Assembly (NCBI GenBank): GCA_052386315.1
Contig: JBQTKG010000027.1
Location: 89,199-153,198 of the forward strand
Source of the DNA: Hyphomicrobiales bacterium
GTDB taxonomy: Bacteria > Pseudomonadota > Alphaproteobacteria > Rhizobiales > Aestuariivirgaceae
DNA: 64,000 nucleotides
Reading direction: 5' to 3'
Made by a program: the position numbers and the translations under genes. Under the pieces are notes generated by a model that made no database searches, had not been told where the DNA came from, and was given only the letters and a program-made list of their open reading frames with translations. Of the stretch, positions 52,454 through 64,000 are shown piece after piece; position 1 is the first letter of the stretch, and every line of letters starts with the position of its first letter.

Positions 52454-54319
52454 ATGATGCCAGGCGGCAAACGTCCACCCGCCGTTCCGGCGAACGCCGG
52501 CGCGCTCGAACATGCGTTGCGCGATCTGGCGCGGCCCGAAGTAGGCTATGGCGCAGCGCTCGGCGGCGCCTCGGCCGCCCTGGTGGTGAGCGCCTTCGTC
52601 ATCATGCAATCGCTCCCCTCCGACGCCTCGGCAGCCTTGCTCGCCTTGATGCTCGCCGGCGTGATCATGGCGGTGGGCATCGCCGCCGGCGCCTTCGCAT
52701 GGCGCCGCTCCGCCCGGCGCCGCATGCTGGCACTGGCTACCACGGTCGCGGCCCTGCAGCAGGCCGGCGCCCAGGCCGAAGCCTCGAACCGCGCCAAAAC
52801 CCGCTTCCTGGCGACCATGAGCCACGAAATCCGCACACCGATGACCGGCGTCATCGGCATGATCGGCCTGTTGCTGGAAACCGAGCTGACGCCCGAGCAG
52901 AAAGCCTATGCCAATGCCGCCCAATCCTCCGGCCGCGCGCTCCTGTCGATTATCGATGAAATCCTCGACACCTCGAAGATCGAATCGGGCAGGCTGGAAC
53001 TCGAAAACAAACCTTTCGATGTGGACGCGGTCGCTGAAGCGGTGACCGAGCTTCTGGCGCCGCGCGCCCATGACAAGGGCATTGAAATTTCGGGTCACGT
53101 GTCGGCTCGCGTGCCGGAGCGGATCATGGGCGACCAGCACCGGCTGCGCCAGATCCTGTTCAATCTCTGCGGCAATGCCATCAAGTTCACCGATAAGGGC
53201 GGCGTCTCGCTGACCGTGGACCTCGACGGCGGCAACCGGCTCCGTTTCGAAGTCAGGGACACCGGCGTCGGCATGTCGGAGGAGGAGTGCAGGCGCGTCT
53301 TCGAGGAATATGTCCAGGCCAATGCCGCCACGGCGCGGCGCTTCGGCGGCACCGGCCTCGGTCTGTTCATCGCCAAGACGCTGGTCGACCGGATGGGCGG
53401 CACGATCTCGGTGACGAGCGTTCCGGGCCAGGGGTCCTGCTTCTCCTTTGTGTTGCCGCTCGCTGCGGCGGGCGATGCCGCCGTCCCGGAACCCGTTCTC
53501 GCCGGCCGAACTTATGAACTAGCCCTCGCCGATGGACCGATCGCCGATCACCTCGCAGCGACGCTTGCGGAGTTCGGCGCCAAGGTGCGGCGCCTGACCG
53601 GTGCGGCCGGACTGCGCCAGGCCCTTTCGAAAGCCGGCGCCGAGCCGGCCTTCGCCGTCATCTGCGATTCGTCTCACGCCGGCCTGCTGCGGAGCTGGGC
53701 GCGCAAGTCCGGCGGCGTCCGCCAGGACCGCAAGCAGGTTTGGGTCATCATGCGGGCCGAGGAGCGGCGGCAGGCGCGCGATCTTCTGGGTCCGCCCTTC
53801 GCCGGCTATCAGCTCAAGCCGTTCCGCCGCAAGACGCTGCTCCGGCAATTGACCGCCAGGGACGGCGCGCAAATCGACGCCGCCGTTTCCCGCTTGCGCA
53901 AGGTTGTGAAGCAGGCCGGGCGCCCGCGCCCGCTCAACATCCTTCTGGCCGAGGACAACCCGGTCAATGCGCTGCTCGCCCGCACCATGCTGGAAAAGGC
54001 GGGTCACCGCGTCACCCACGCCGTATCCGGCAGCCAGGTGCTGGCATTGCTCGAAAAGAGTGCCGCACCCGATCTGGTGATCATGGACGTGGAAATGCCG
54101 GACCTCGACGGACTCGAGACCACCCGCCGCATCCGCGCCATTGAGCGGGCGCGTCAAACCGCCAATCCATTGCCCATTCTGGCTTTGACCGCCAATGCCC
54201 GGCGCGAGGATCATGACGAATGTCTCGCCGCCGGCATGGATGGGCACCTGTCCAAGCCCTTCGACCGCCACGATCTCGACGAAGCCATCGCCCGCCTCGC
54301 CCACCGCCGGGCCGCCTGA
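52454..54319 (+). CDS. Hybrid histidine kinase, ShkA-like (2 TM-HisKA-HATPase-pseudoREC-REC)
   Basis: [34 protein letters not shown]; degenerate receiver with GYQLKPFRR; [31 protein letters not shown]. Confidence 0.9.
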   Translation: MMPGGKRPPAVPANAGALEHALRDLARPEVGYGAALGGASAALVVSAFVIMQSLPSDASAALLALMLAGVIMAVGIAAGAFAWRRSARRRMLALATTVAALQQAGAQAEASNRAKTRFLATMSHEIRTPMTGVIGMIGLLLETELTPEQKAYANAAQSSGRALLSIIDEILDTSKIESGRLELENKPFDVDAVAEAVTELLAPRAHDKGIEISGHVSARVPERIMGDQHRLRQILFNLCGNAIKFTDKGGVSLTVDLDGGNRLRFEVRDTGVGMSEEECRRVFEEYVQANAATARRFGGTGLGLFIAKTLVDRMGGTISVTSVPGQGSCFSFVLPLAAAGDAAVPEPVLAGRTYELALADGPIADHLAATLAEFGAKVRRLTGAAGLRQALSKAGAEPAFAVICDSSHAGLLRSWARKSGGVRQDRKQVWVIMRAEERRQARDLLGPPFAGYQLKPFRRKTLLRQLTARDGAQIDAAVSRLRKVVKQAGRPRPLNILLAEDNPVNALLARTMLEKAGHRVTHAVSGSQVLALLEKSAAPDLVIMDVEMPDLDGLETTRRIRAIERARQTANPLPILALTANARREDHDECLAAGMDGHLSKPFDRHDLDEAIARLAHRRAA

Positions 54320-54321
54320 AA

Positions 54322-54339
54322 CCGTCTTGGAACTTTCAT
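54322..54339 (+). promoter_or_regulatory. Putative Pho box upstream of olsB
   Basis: CCGTCTT-GGAA-CTTTCAT against the consensus CTGTCAT-N4-CTGTCAT. Confidence 0.5.
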
Positions 54340-54378
54340 ACTGCCGCTCCCTATGGCAGAATCATTTGGAGGGAGCGC

Positions 54379-55164
54379 ATGCCGCCGTTGGAACCCCGCG
54401 CAATACTGGCAACGAAGGGCGATCTCGCAGTCCGCCTTGCCGGCGGAGCCGATGAAATCGCCGAAGCCCAAAAGCTTCGCTACCGCGTTTTCTATGAGGA
54501 GTTGAATGCCAGGCCCGATGCCGCGGCCGCCGCGGCCCGCCTCGATGCCGACCGGTTCGACGGTTTCTGCGATCACCTGATCGTCACGCACGGGCCCGAT
54601 CTGGTCGGCACCTATCGCCTGCTGCGTCAGGAAGTGGCGGAGGCCAATGGCGGCTTCTACACCCAAGACGAATTCGACATGGCCCCCCTCATCGCCGCCC
54701 ACCCCGGTTTGCGCTTTCTCGAACTCGGCCGTTCCTGTGTGCTCAAACCCTTTCGCACCCGGCCCGTGGTCGAACTACTCTGGCAGGGCATCTGGAATTA
54801 CGTTCGCCGCCACCGTTTCGACGTCATGCTGGGTTGTGCCAGCCTCGAGGGCACGGATCCCGATCGCCATGCGGCGACCCTGACGTTTCTCGCCCGCAAT
54901 TGCGCCGCACCTCACGAATGGCGCGTCCGCGCGCTTGCCCACCGCTATGTCGAGATGAAGCGCCTGCCCGCCGCACGCGTCGATCCGAAAGCGGCGCTCA
55001 AGGCGCTGCCGCCGCTGATCAAGGGCTATTTGCGGCTGGGCTGCTACATCGGAGAAGGCGCCGTCATCGACGAACAGTTCAACACCATCGACGTGCTGAT
55101 CGTGCTCCCCGTGTCGGCGATCGACGCGCGCTATTTCGTCCATTTCGGCCAGCCTAACGGTTGA
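54379..55164 (+). CDS. olsB: Ornithine lipid N-acyltransferase (GNAT-type)
   Basis: [40 protein letters not shown] and [12 protein letters not shown]; olsB-maeB-mutS-glnD-murJ synteny. Confidence 0.85.
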   Translation: MPPLEPRAILATKGDLAVRLAGGADEIAEAQKLRYRVFYEELNARPDAAAAAARLDADRFDGFCDHLIVTHGPDLVGTYRLLRQEVAEANGGFYTQDEFDMAPLIAAHPGLRFLELGRSCVLKPFRTRPVVELLWQGIWNYVRRHRFDVMLGCASLEGTDPDRHAATLTFLARNCAAPHEWRVRALAHRYVEMKRLPAARVDPKAALKALPPLIKGYLRLGCYIGEGAVIDEQFNTIDVLIVLPVSAIDARYFVHFGQPNG

Positions 55165-57433
55165 TGTCGTAGGCCGCGATCGCCGCCAGATTGACGATGT
55201 CGGTGGTGGTGGCCGACATGGAGGCGATCTGCACCGGCTTGTCGAGGCCGGTGAGTAGCGGTCCCACCACGGTGACGCCGCCCAGTTGCTGCAGCATCTT
55301 GGTGGAGATGGAGGCCGAGTGGGCGGCCGGCATGACCAGCACATTGGCGGGTCCGGTCAGGCGGCAGAAGGGATAGAGTGCCATGGCTTCGCGCGACAGG
55401 GCCACGTCGGCAGCCATCTCGCCGTCATATTCGAAGTCGACATGGCGCTTGTCGAGTTCGGCCACGGCGTTCCTCACATATTCGGCGCGTTCGCCGCGCG
55501 GATAACCGAAGGTGGAGTAGGAGAGAAACGCAACCCTGGGCTCGTAGCCGAAGCGGCGCGCAACACCCGCCGCCTCCTGGGCGATATCGGCGAGTTCTTG
55601 CGCCAACGGCAGTTCGTGCACCGAGGTATCGGCGATGAACACCGTGCGGCCGCGCACCAGCGCCATGGAAACGCCGATCGGCCGGTGGCCCGGCCGGTTG
55701 TCGACCGCCTGGCGCACGTTGTCGAGCGCCACGGAAAAATTGCGCGTGAGCCCGGTCACCAGCGCATCGGCGTCGCCCAGCGCCACCATGCAGGCGGCGA
55801 AGACGTTGCGGTCCTGATTGGCCAGGCGCTGGCAGTCGCGGAACAGGAAGCCGTTGCGCTGCAGGCGCTCGTAGAGATAGTTCGCATAATCGACATTTCG
55901 CTCGGAAATGCGGGCGTTGAGAATTTCGACGTTCTCGTTGAGTTCGAGGCCGCTGGCGGCGAGCGTCTTCTCGATCTCGATCTCGCGGCCGATGAGAATG
56001 GCGGTGCCGAGCCCGGTACTGGCGAAGCTGTTGGCGGCGCGGACCATCCGGTCCTCCTCGCCTTCGGCGAACACCACGCGCTTCGGATTGACGCGGACCT
56101 GTTCGAAGACGTTCTGCAGCGTGCCGGCGATCGGATCGAGCCGCGCCGAAAGCTCGGCGGCATAATTGTCCAGATCGGCGATATGCTTGCGCGCCACGCC
56201 CGAGTCCATGGCGGCCTTGGCGACCGCCACCGGAATGGTCGAGATGAGCCGCGGATCGAAGGGAACCGGGATCATGTAGTCGGGGCCGAAGCTGAGCCGG
56301 GAACCGTGATAGGCGGCCGCCACTTCATCGGGCACGTCCTCGCGCGCCAGCCGCGCCAGCGCCTGCGCCGCTGCGATCTTCATCTCCTCGTTGATCGTCC
56401 GCGCCCGGACGTCGAGGGCGCCGCGGAAGATATAGGGAAAGCCGAGCACATTGTTGACTTGGTTGGGATAGTCGGAGCGGCCCGTCGCCATGATCGCGTC
56501 GGAACGGACTTTCGCCACTTCCTCGGGAAGGATTTCCGGATCGGGGTTGGCCATGGCGAAGATGATCGGGTTCTTGGCCATGCTTGCCACCATGGCGGGG
56601 GTCAGCGCACCCGCCACCGAGAGCCCGAAGAAGACGTCCGCCCCTTGCATCGCATCGGCGAGCGAGCGGGCCTTGGTCGCGACCGCGTGGGCCGATTTCC
56701 ACTGGTTCATGCCTTCGCTGCGGCCCTTGTAGACCACGCCCTTTGAATCGCAGAGGATGACGTTTTCGCCCGGAACCCCCAGCGACTTGACAAGTTCCAC
56801 GCAGGCGATGGCGGCGGCGCCGGCGCCGTTGCAGACGAGCTTGATTTTCTTGATGTCGCGCTTGGTAATCTCGAGTGCGTTGATCAGTCCTGCGGTGGCG
56901 ATGATCGCGGTGCCGTGCTGGTCGTCATGAAACACCGGAATGTCCATGAGCTCGCGCAGCCGCTGCTCGATGATGAAGCAGTCCGGCGCCTTGATGTCCT
57001 CGAGATTGATGCCGCCGAATGACGGCCCGAGATAGCGCACCGCGCCGATGAATTCGTCGACGTCCTTGGTATCGATTTCGAGATCGATCGAATCGACGTC
57101 GGCGAAGCGCTTGAACAGCACCGCCTTGCCTTCCATCACCGGCTTGGCGGCGAGCGCGCCCAGATCGCCCAGTCCGAGGATCGCCGTGCCGTTGGTGATG
57201 ACCGCGACGAAATTGCCCTTTGCCGTATAATCATAGACGGTGTCGGGATCTTCGGCGATCCTGCGCACCGGAACCGCCACGCCGGGGCTGTAGGCGAGCG
57301 ACAGGTCGCGCTGCGTCGCCATCGGCTTGGTCGGGTTGATTTCGATCTTGCCGGGCTTGCCGCGCTGATGAAATTGCAGGGCCTCCTCGTCGGTGAAGGT
57401 CGGCCTCTTGCCTGGCTTTCGGTCGGCGCTCAT
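55154..57433 (-). CDS. maeB: NADP-dependent malic enzyme with C-terminal PTA-like domain
   Basis: [41 protein letters not shown] and RVVFAEGE motifs. Confidence 0.95.
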   Translation of the reverse strand: MSADRKPGKRPTFTDEEALQFHQRGKPGKIEINPTKPMATQRDLSLAYSPGVAVPVRRIAEDPDTVYDYTAKGNFVAVITNGTAILGLGDLGALAAKPVMEGKAVLFKRFADVDSIDLEIDTKDVDEFIGAVRYLGPSFGGINLEDIKAPDCFIIEQRLRELMDIPVFHDDQHGTAIIATAGLINALEITKRDIKKIKLVCNGAGAAAIACVELVKSLGVPGENVILCDSKGVVYKGRSEGMNQWKSAHAVATKARSLADAMQGADVFFGLSVAGALTPAMVASMAKNPIIFAMANPDPEILPEEVAKVRSDAIMATGRSDYPNQVNNVLGFPYIFRGALDVRARTINEEMKIAAAQALARLAREDVPDEVAAAYHGSRLSFGPDYMIPVPFDPRLISTIPVAVAKAAMDSGVARKHIADLDNYAAELSARLDPIAGTLQNVFEQVRVNPKRVVFAEGEEDRMVRAANSFASTGLGTAILIGREIEIEKTLAASGLELNENVEILNARISERNVDYANYLYERLQRNGFLFRDCQRLANQDRNVFAACMVALGDADALVTGLTRNFSVALDNVRQAVDNRPGHRPIGVSMALVRGRTVFIADTSVHELPLAQELADIAQEAAGVARRFGYEPRVAFLSYSTFGYPRGERAEYVRNAVAELDKRHVDFEYDGEMAADVALSREAMALYPFCRLTGPANVLVMPAAHSASISTKMLQQLGGVTVVGPLLTGLDKPVQIASMSATTTDIVNLAAIAAYDINR

Positions 57434-57563
57434 GAAAAACCTTTGGAAATGCGGATGAATGGACCAAGGGAGGGCCAAGTTAGAGAGTGGACGGACAATC
57501 CTCAAGCCCGATCCGCGCCATGCCATATTGTGAGATTTTTGCCGATTCCTGCTAAGGAAAGCC

Positions 57564-60260
57564 ATGAACGAGATGATGGCCATGGACGCTGAGGCGGCGG
57601 GCGAGCCCGCCACGCCGATGATGGCGCAATATCTCGAGATCAAGCGGGCCCATCCCGATTGCCTGCTGTTCTACCGCATGGGCGATTTCTACGAGCTTTT
57701 CTTCGCCGACGCCGAGACGGCCTCGCGGGCGCTCGGCATCGCCCTCACCAAACGCGGCCGGCATCGCGGCGGCGACATTCCCATGTGCGGCGTGCCCGTC
57801 CATGCCGCCGACGGCTATCTGCAGCGGCTGATTCGCCAGGGCCACCGGGTCGCCGTCTGCGAGCAGTCCGAGGATCCGGCCGAAGCGAGGAAGCGCGGCT
57901 CCAAATCGCTGGTGAAACGCGATGTGGTTCGGCTGGTGACGCCGGGCACGCTCACCGAGGATTCGCTGCTTGAGTCCCGCGCCCACAATTATCTCGCGGC
58001 ACTGGCGCGGGTGAAAAATGCCGGCGAACTGGCGCTCGCCTTCGCCGATATTTCCTCGGGCGATCTTGCGGTCCTGCCGACCGTCCCCGGCCGCCTGTCG
58101 GCCGATCTCGCCCGCCTCGATCCGCGCGAGATCGTCGTTGCCGATTCGCTTCTCGCCGAGCCGGAGCTAGCCCAAATCCTCGGCAATTCCGGCATAGCGG
58201 TGACGCCGCTTCCCGCCAGCCGCTTCGACAGCGTCTCCGGCGAGCGCCGCCTGAAGGAGCATTTCTCGGTTGCCACACTTGACGCCTTCGGCACTTTCTC
58301 CCGCGCCGAAATCGCCGGCCTCGGCGGCCTCCTCGACTATATTCTCTTGACCCAGGTGGGCCGTGTTCCGCATCTGCGCCATCCCCGCCGCGAGGCGCCG
58401 GGCGCGTCTTTGCTCATCGATGCGGCAACTCGCGCCAATCTCGAGCTTACCCGCACGCTTGCTGGCGAGCGCCGCGGCAGCCTTCAGTCGGTGATCGACA
58501 TGACGGTGACGGCGGGCGGCGCGCGGCTTCTGTCCGGCCGCCTCGCAAGTCCGCTCGCCGATGCCGCGGCGATCGAGACGCGCCTCGACGAGGTGAGTTT
58601 TTTCGTAAGTGCCGGCGATCTGCGCGGCGAAACGCGCCAGTCGCTCGCCGGCATGCCCGATCTCGCACGCGCCCTCGGCCGCCTCAGTGTCGGCCGCGGC
58701 GGCCCCCGCGATCTCGCCGCTATCCGCGATGGCCTCGCCTGTGCCGAAGCTCTCGGCTCTCGCCTCGCAGCCGGCGCCGCATTGCAGGTGCATCCCGCCA
58801 ATATTGCCGCCGCGCATGCCGTCCTGACCGATATCCCCAGCGCCCTGATCGCCGATCTCGCCAATGCGCTGGCCAATGAGTTGCCCTTGCTGGCGCGGGA
58901 CGGCGGCTTCATTCGCGCCGGCCATATCGCCGAATTGGACGAGAACCGGCAACTCCGCGACTTAACCCGCCAGGTGATCGCCGGGCTCCAGGGCAATTAT
59001 GCCGAAGCCACCGGCATTCGCACCCTGAAGATCAGGCACAACAATATTCTCGGCTATTTTATCGAGGTCACCGTCCAGAATGCCGGTGTGCTGCAAAGGG
59101 CCGAACTGGCGGGAACCTTCATCCACCGCCAGACCGTGGCCGGCGCCATGCGCTTCGTCACCACCGAGCTGGCCGATCTCGAACACCGCATCGCCGCCGC
59201 CGCCGGCCGCGCCTTGCAAATCGAGCTGGAAATCTTCGATCGCCTGGTCAAGTCGGTGATCGCCGGGAGCCATGCGATCTCGCGCATAGCCGAGGCCGCG
59301 GCGGCGATCGATGTGGCATCATCGCTCGCCGAGCTCGCCTTGCGGCGGCGCTATGTGCGGCCCCGGATCGATGGCACCACCACCTTCGAAATCCGCAATG
59401 GCCGCCATCCGGTGGTCGAGACCATGTTGCAGGAGCGCGCCGAAGCCTCCTTTATCGCCAATGATTGCGATCTTTCGACCGGCGGAAAACGGCTTTGGCT
59501 CGTCACCGGTCCCAACATGGCGGGAAAATCCACCTTCCTCCGCCAGAACGCCCTGATCGTCATTCTCGCCCAGATGGGGTCCTTCGTGCCGGCGGAAGCG
59601 GCCCATATCGGCATCGTCGACCGGCTGTACAGCCGGGTGGGGGCGGCCGACGATCTCGCCCGCGGCCGCTCCACCTTCATGGTCGAGATGGTCGAGACGG
59701 CCGCCATTCTCAATCAGGCGGCGGAGCGCTCCTTCGTCATACTCGACGAGATCGGCCGCGGCACCGCCACCTTCGACGGCCTCTCCATCGCCTGGGCGAC
59801 GGTCGAACATTTGCACGAGGTGAACCGCTGCCGCGCCCTCTTCGCCACCCATTACCATGAGCTGACCGCCCTTGCCGCCCGCCTCGAACATCTCGCCAAT
59901 GCCACCGTCAAGGTGCGCGAATGGCAGGGCGATGTCGTATTCCTCCACGAAGTCGTCCCCGGCGTTGCCGACCGATCCTATGGCATCCAAGTGGCCAGGC
60001 TCGCGGGGTTGCCTGCGGCGGTCACGGCGCGCGCCGCCGAGGTTTTGACGCTCTTGGAGAAGAGCGATCAGTCCGCCGCCCGCCTGTCGCTTGCCGACGA
60101 TCTGCCTCTGTTTTCGGCGGCGCGGCCGCAAGCTGCCCGGCCGAGGGGAGCGAGCGAGATAGAGACGAAGCTTGCCGCCATCGCCCCCGATGAGCTTTCG
60201 CCGCGCGAGGCGCTGTCCCTTCTTTATGAACTCAGAGCCGCCTTGCCGAAATCGCCATGA
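57564..60260 (+). CDS. mutS: DNA mismatch repair protein MutS
   Basis: [31 protein letters not shown] and [11 protein letters not shown] motifs. Confidence 0.97.
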   Translation: MNEMMAMDAEAAGEPATPMMAQYLEIKRAHPDCLLFYRMGDFYELFFADAETASRALGIALTKRGRHRGGDIPMCGVPVHAADGYLQRLIRQGHRVAVCEQSEDPAEARKRGSKSLVKRDVVRLVTPGTLTEDSLLESRAHNYLAALARVKNAGELALAFADISSGDLAVLPTVPGRLSADLARLDPREIVVADSLLAEPELAQILGNSGIAVTPLPASRFDSVSGERRLKEHFSVATLDAFGTFSRAEIAGLGGLLDYILLTQVGRVPHLRHPRREAPGASLLIDAATRANLELTRTLAGERRGSLQSVIDMTVTAGGARLLSGRLASPLADAAAIETRLDEVSFFVSAGDLRGETRQSLAGMPDLARALGRLSVGRGGPRDLAAIRDGLACAEALGSRLAAGAALQVHPANIAAAHAVLTDIPSALIADLANALANELPLLARDGGFIRAGHIAELDENRQLRDLTRQVIAGLQGNYAEATGIRTLKIRHNNILGYFIEVTVQNAGVLQRAELAGTFIHRQTVAGAMRFVTTELADLEHRIAAAAGRALQIELEIFDRLVKSVIAGSHAISRIAEAAAAIDVASSLAELALRRRYVRPRIDGTTTFEIRNGRHPVVETMLQERAEASFIANDCDLSTGGKRLWLVTGPNMAGKSTFLRQNALIVILAQMGSFVPAEAAHIGIVDRLYSRVGAADDLARGRSTFMVEMVETAAILNQAAERSFVILDEIGRGTATFDGLSIAWATVEHLHEVNRCRALFATHYHELTALAARLEHLANATVKVREWQGDVVFLHEVVPGVADRSYGIQVARLAGLPAAVTARAAEVLTLLEKSDQSAARLSLADDLPLFSAARPQAARPRGASEIETKLAAIAPDELSPREALSLLYELRAALPKSP

Positions 60261-63019
60261 CCGCCATCGCCGATCCTGCAAGACTGATCGATGTGGCCGT
60301 GCTGCGGCGGCAGCTTGAAGCGCTTGCCGGCGAGCACGGCAGTGCGTCGGCGAAACTGCGCCCGGCCATCGTCGAAATCTTGAAGGACGTCCTCAGGACC
60401 GCCCGCGGCGAAGCCGAGCGCCGCCTCCTGGCCGATGGCCGGGGCACGACCTGCGCCGAGAATTTGAGTTTCGTCGAAGACGAAATCGTCCACGCTCTCT
60501 TCGACCTCGCCGCCACGCGGTTGTTTACGGCTCCGCAGGCCGAACGGGTCGCCGTGGTCGCGGTCGGCGGCTATGGCCGCGGCACGCTGGCGCCCGGTTC
60601 CGATATCGATCTTCTCTTCGTCTTGCCGTCGAAGCAGACGCCATGGGTGCGGAACGCCGTCGAGTTCATTCTCTACACCCTCTGGGACACCCGCCAGAAA
60701 GTGGGCCATGCCACCCGCAGCATTGACGAATGCATTCGTCAGGCGAAGACCGACAATACCATCCTGACCGCCATTCTCGAAGCCCGCTTCATCTGCGGCG
60801 ACCGCGCCCTGTATGACGGCCTCGTCCGGCAATTCCGCAAGGACATTGTCGCCACCGGCGCCAGGGAATTCGTCGCCAGCAAGCTTGCCGAACGCGATCT
60901 CCGCCAGCACAAGGCGGGTGTCAGCCGCTATCTGGTCGAGCCCGACGTCAAGGACGGCAAGGGGGGCCTGCGCGACCTGCACACGCTGTTCTGGATCGCC
61001 AAGTTCCTCTATGCGACGAATTCTCCCGATGAGCTGGCCGAGAAGGGCGCCTTCACCCGCGGCGATCTTGCCACCTTCAAGAAATGCGAGAATTTCCTCT
61101 GGTCGGTGCGCTGCCATCTGCATTTCGTGGCCAGGCGCGGCGAAGACCGGCTGAGTTTCGACCGCCAGCCGGAACTCGCCCAGCGCCTCGGCTACCGGGC
61201 GCGCGGCGGACTGAAACACGTCGAACGCTTCATGAAGCACTATTTCCTCATCGCCAAAGACGTGGGCGACTTGACCCGCATCTTTTGCGCCAGCCTCGAA
61301 GCCCGGCAGGTGAAAGACGTGCCCGGTCTGAGCCGCATGCTCGCCCGCCTGCGGCCCAGCGCCTCGGGCACGATCAAGGATGCGCCGGACTTCCGCCTGG
61401 AAGGCGGCCGCATCGTTCTGTCCTCGCCCAATGTCTTCGCGAAGGATCCGGTCAATCTCATCCGCCTGTTCGCCGTCGCCGCCCGCGACGGCACCGAGAT
61501 CCATCCCGATGCGCTCAAGGCCGTGCGCCGTTCGCTGCGGCTCATCAACCGGCGGGTCTGCATGGACGCCGAAGCGAACGCGCTGTTCGTCGGCATGCTG
61601 ACTTCGGGCGCGCTCTCGGAAACGGCGCTCCGCATGATGAACGAGGCGGGCGTGCTTGGCCGCTTCATTCCCGATTTCGGCCGCGTCGTCGCCATGATGC
61701 AGTTCAACATGTATCATCATTATACGGTCGACGAGCATCTGATCCGCGCCGTCGGCGTTCTCTCGGCCATCGAGCGGGGCGAACTTTCCGAGGACCACCC
61801 GCTTTCCGCCGCGATCTTGCCCACGCTGACCAGCCGCCGCGCCCTCTATGTGGCGGCCTTCCTGCATGACATCGCCAAGGGCAGGCCCGAGGACCACTCG
61901 CGTGCCGGCGAGCGCATAGCGACAGAACTGGGCCCCAGGCTCGGTCTTTCGCCTGGCGAGACCGAAACCGTGGCCTGGCTCGTCCGCCATCATCTGTTGA
62001 TGAGCGAGACCGCCCAGATGCGCGACCTGAACGACTTCAAGACCATTCTCGATTTCGCGGGCGTCGTGCAGAGTCCGGAGCGCCTGAAGCTCCTGCTCAT
62101 TCTCACCGTCGCCGATATCCGCGCCGTAGGCCCCGGCGTGTGGAACGGCTGGAAGGGCCAACTGCTGCGCACCCTCTATGCCGAAGCCGAGCCGGTGCTG
62201 TCGGGCGGCCATACCGGGACGACCCGCGGGGAGCGCGTGGCCGAAGCCCAGAACCAGTTCTTCAGCCGCCTGCCGTCATGGAGCGAAGCGGAGAAAGCCG
62301 CCTATGCGGCCCGCCACTACGACGCCTATTGGCTGGTCACCGGCGTCGAGAAGCAGTTGAAGCACCAGGCCCTCATGGCCCGCGCCGGGCGCGGCGAAGT
62401 GGTGACCGATGTCGAAACCGACGCCTTTACGGCGATCACCGAACTCACCGTCTATACTCCCGATCACCCACGCCTGCTCGCCCTCATCACCGGCGCCTGC
62501 GCTGCGGCCGGCGCCAACATCGCCGGCGCGCAGATTTTCACCACCGCCGACGGCATGGCGCTCGACACCATCCTCATCCAGCGCGAATTTTCCGGCGAGG
62601 ACGACGAGCGCCGCCGCGCCGGCCGCATCGCCGAGCTGATCCGCAAGGCGCTCAGCGGCGAATTGCGGTTGAAGGAGGCGGTCGCCCGCGCCTGGCGGCC
62701 GCAGGCCCGCATCAAGGCCTTCACCGTCGAGCCGCGCGTCATCGTCGACAACCAGTCGTCGAACCGCTTCACCGTCATCGAGATCAACGGCCTCGACCGC
62801 ATCGGCCTGCTCTACGACCTGACCGAGGCGCTCTACGGCCTCAATCTCAACATCGCCTCGGCCCACATCACCACCTTCGGCGAAAAGGCGATCGACGTGT
62901 TCTATGTGACCGACCTGACCGGCGGCAAGATCGAGAATGCCGGCCGCCACCGGCAGATCGAGCGGGCCCTATTTGCCGCGCTGGCGCCGGCGCAATCGGC
63001 TGTTGCCGCAACCCTGTGA
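60257..63019 (+). CDS. glnD: [protein-PII] uridylyltransferase
   Basis: [30 protein letters not shown] (HD) and two ACT domains. Confidence 0.97.
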   Translation: MTAIADPARLIDVAVLRRQLEALAGEHGSASAKLRPAIVEILKDVLRTARGEAERRLLADGRGTTCAENLSFVEDEIVHALFDLAATRLFTAPQAERVAVVAVGGYGRGTLAPGSDIDLLFVLPSKQTPWVRNAVEFILYTLWDTRQKVGHATRSIDECIRQAKTDNTILTAILEARFICGDRALYDGLVRQFRKDIVATGAREFVASKLAERDLRQHKAGVSRYLVEPDVKDGKGGLRDLHTLFWIAKFLYATNSPDELAEKGAFTRGDLATFKKCENFLWSVRCHLHFVARRGEDRLSFDRQPELAQRLGYRARGGLKHVERFMKHYFLIAKDVGDLTRIFCASLEARQVKDVPGLSRMLARLRPSASGTIKDAPDFRLEGGRIVLSSPNVFAKDPVNLIRLFAVAARDGTEIHPDALKAVRRSLRLINRRVCMDAEANALFVGMLTSGALSETALRMMNEAGVLGRFIPDFGRVVAMMQFNMYHHYTVDEHLIRAVGVLSAIERGELSEDHPLSAAILPTLTSRRALYVAAFLHDIAKGRPEDHSRAGERIATELGPRLGLSPGETETVAWLVRHHLLMSETAQMRDLNDFKTILDFAGVVQSPERLKLLLILTVADIRAVGPGVWNGWKGQLLRTLYAEAEPVLSGGHTGTTRGERVAEAQNQFFSRLPSWSEAEKAAYAARHYDAYWLVTGVEKQLKHQALMARAGRGEVVTDVETDAFTAITELTVYTPDHPRLLALITGACAAAGANIAGAQIFTTADGMALDTILIQREFSGEDDERRRAGRIAELIRKALSGELRLKEAVARAWRPQARIKAFTVEPRVIVDNQSSNRFTVIEINGLDRIGLLYDLTEALYGLNLNIASAHITTFGEKAIDVFYVTDLTGGKIENAGRHRQIERALFAALAPAQSAVAATL

Positions 63020-63055
63020 ACATGCGCTATAGCGTGAAATAGGGAATCGAAGCGC

Positions 63056-64000
63056 ATGTCATTGCTCAAATCGGCGGCAACCGTCGGCAGCCTCACACTG
63101 GTCAGCCGTCTTCTGGGTTTCCTGCGCGATCAGCTCATCGCCTTCACCATCGGCACCGGCCCGGTCGCCGAGGCGTTTTTCGTCGCCCAGCGCTTTCCCA
63201 ACCTGTTCCGGGCGCTGTTCGCCGAAGGCGCTTTCAATTCCGCCTTCGTGCCGCTCTTCGCCAAGCGCATCGAGGGCGAAGGCGAGGCGAAGGCCCATGC
63301 CTTCGCCGTCGAGATGTTCTCGGCGCTTCTCGCCTGGCTCCTCGTCTTTTCGGCCATCGCCATGATGGCCATGCCGCTGCTCATGTATGCGATCGCCCCT
63401 GGCTTCGTGGGCAAGCCGCCGCAATTCGATCTCGCCGTCGATCTGACGCGCATCTGTTTTCCCTATCTGCTTTTCATATCCCTGACGGCGCTGCAATCGG
63501 GCGTGCTCAACAGCCTCAACCGCTTCACCGCGGCAGCAGCGGCGCCGATCCTCCTCAATCTCGTGATGATCGCTTCGAACGTCGTTGCCTGGCTTGTGGC
63601 CACCGGCGACAGTCCGGCAACCGGCTACATCTTCGCCTGGGGCATTTTCGCCGCCGGCGTCGCCCAATTCGCGCTGCTCGCCGTGGCCTGCCGCCGCGCC
63701 GGCATGGCGCTTCTGCCGCGCTGGCCGCGATTCACCCCCGATGTGAAGCGGGTGATCGCACTCTCGTTTCCCGGCATTGTCTCAGGCGGCATCATGCAGA
63801 TCAATCTGGTGATCGCCACAATGATCGCCACCACCTTGGATCGCGCCGTCTCCTATCTCTACTATGCCGACCGTCTCTACCAGTTGCCCCTCGGCGTCAT
63901 CGGCGTCGCCATCGGCGTGGTCCTGCTGCCCGATCTCTCCCGCAAACTTCGGGCCGGCAACGCCGCCGCCGCCGCCGCCAGCCAGAACCGGGCGCTGGAA
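63056..64000 (+). CDS. murJ: Lipid II flippase MurJ (runs off the window end)
   Basis: Manual translation MSLLKSAATVGSLTLVSRLLGFLRD...FPNLFRALFAEGAFNSAFVP...YYADRLYQLPLGVIG. Confidence 0.95.
   Translation, partial: MSLLKSAATVGSLTLVSRLLGFLRDQLIAFTIGTGPVAEAFFVAQRFPNLFRALFAEGAFNSAFVPLFAKRIEGEGEAKAHAFAVEMFSALLAWLLVFSAIAMMAMPLLMYAIAPGFVGKPPQFDLAVDLTRICFPYLLFISLTALQSGVLNSLNRFTAAAAAPILLNLVMIASNVVAWLVATGDSPATGYIFAWGIFAAGVAQFALLAVACRRAGMALLPRWPRFTPDVKRVIALSFPGIVSGGIMQINLVIATMIATTLDRAVSYLYYADRLYQLPLGVIGVAIGVVLLPDLSRKLRAGNAAAAAASQNRALE

Noticed and set aside
19874-60260. Repair genes (dnaQ, nth, ada-like, alkB, rdgB, comM, mutS) as a new repair island
   Set aside because: They are dispersed in separate operons at their usual alphaproteobacterial origin-proximal positions.
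60224-62212. 662-aa ORF antisense to glnD, and similar shadows over maeB, hrcA and leuS
   Set aside because: High-GC shadow ORFs with no recognisable motifs, lying opposite conserved genes.

Overview
Core chromosomal region spanning the replication origin of a high-GC alphaproteobacterium, most consistent with Hyphomicrobiales/Rhizobiales (inferred from gene order and motifs). It holds the canonical hemE-oriC-ppsR-maf-aroE-coaE-dnaQ locus and the rho-mnmE-mnmG-rsmG-parA-parB block with two parS sites. Also present are cenR/yggS/leuS/lptE/holA, secB/fxsA/tim44/mltA/smr, hslVU, hisBHAFE-coaA, nth/ada/alkB, dapB-gpmA, dnaKJ-grpE-hrcA, rph-rdgB-hemW, lpoA-rsmI-yraN-gshB-comM, a ShkA-like hybrid kinase, olsB, maeB, mutS, glnD and a truncated murJ. 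I saw no rRNA, tRNA, CRISPR array, prophage, IS or defence island, and I cannot support a wholly new multi-gene system. The best leads are: (1) a membrane-anchored ShkA-like kinase that keeps a c-di-GMP-binding motif but lacks the DDR latch; (2) RIME/MITE-like palindromic elements that bracket comM in inverted orientation, supply stop codons to three genes and abut a perfect LexA box; (3) a readable regulatory layer (CtrA, CenR, PhoB, RpoH, LexA, parS, GANTC); (4) a DUF2244 pseudogene; (5) an asymmetric DUF1330 tandem pair behind dnaJ; (6) an extended SecB. All calls are by eye and from recalled family motifs; no database search was run.
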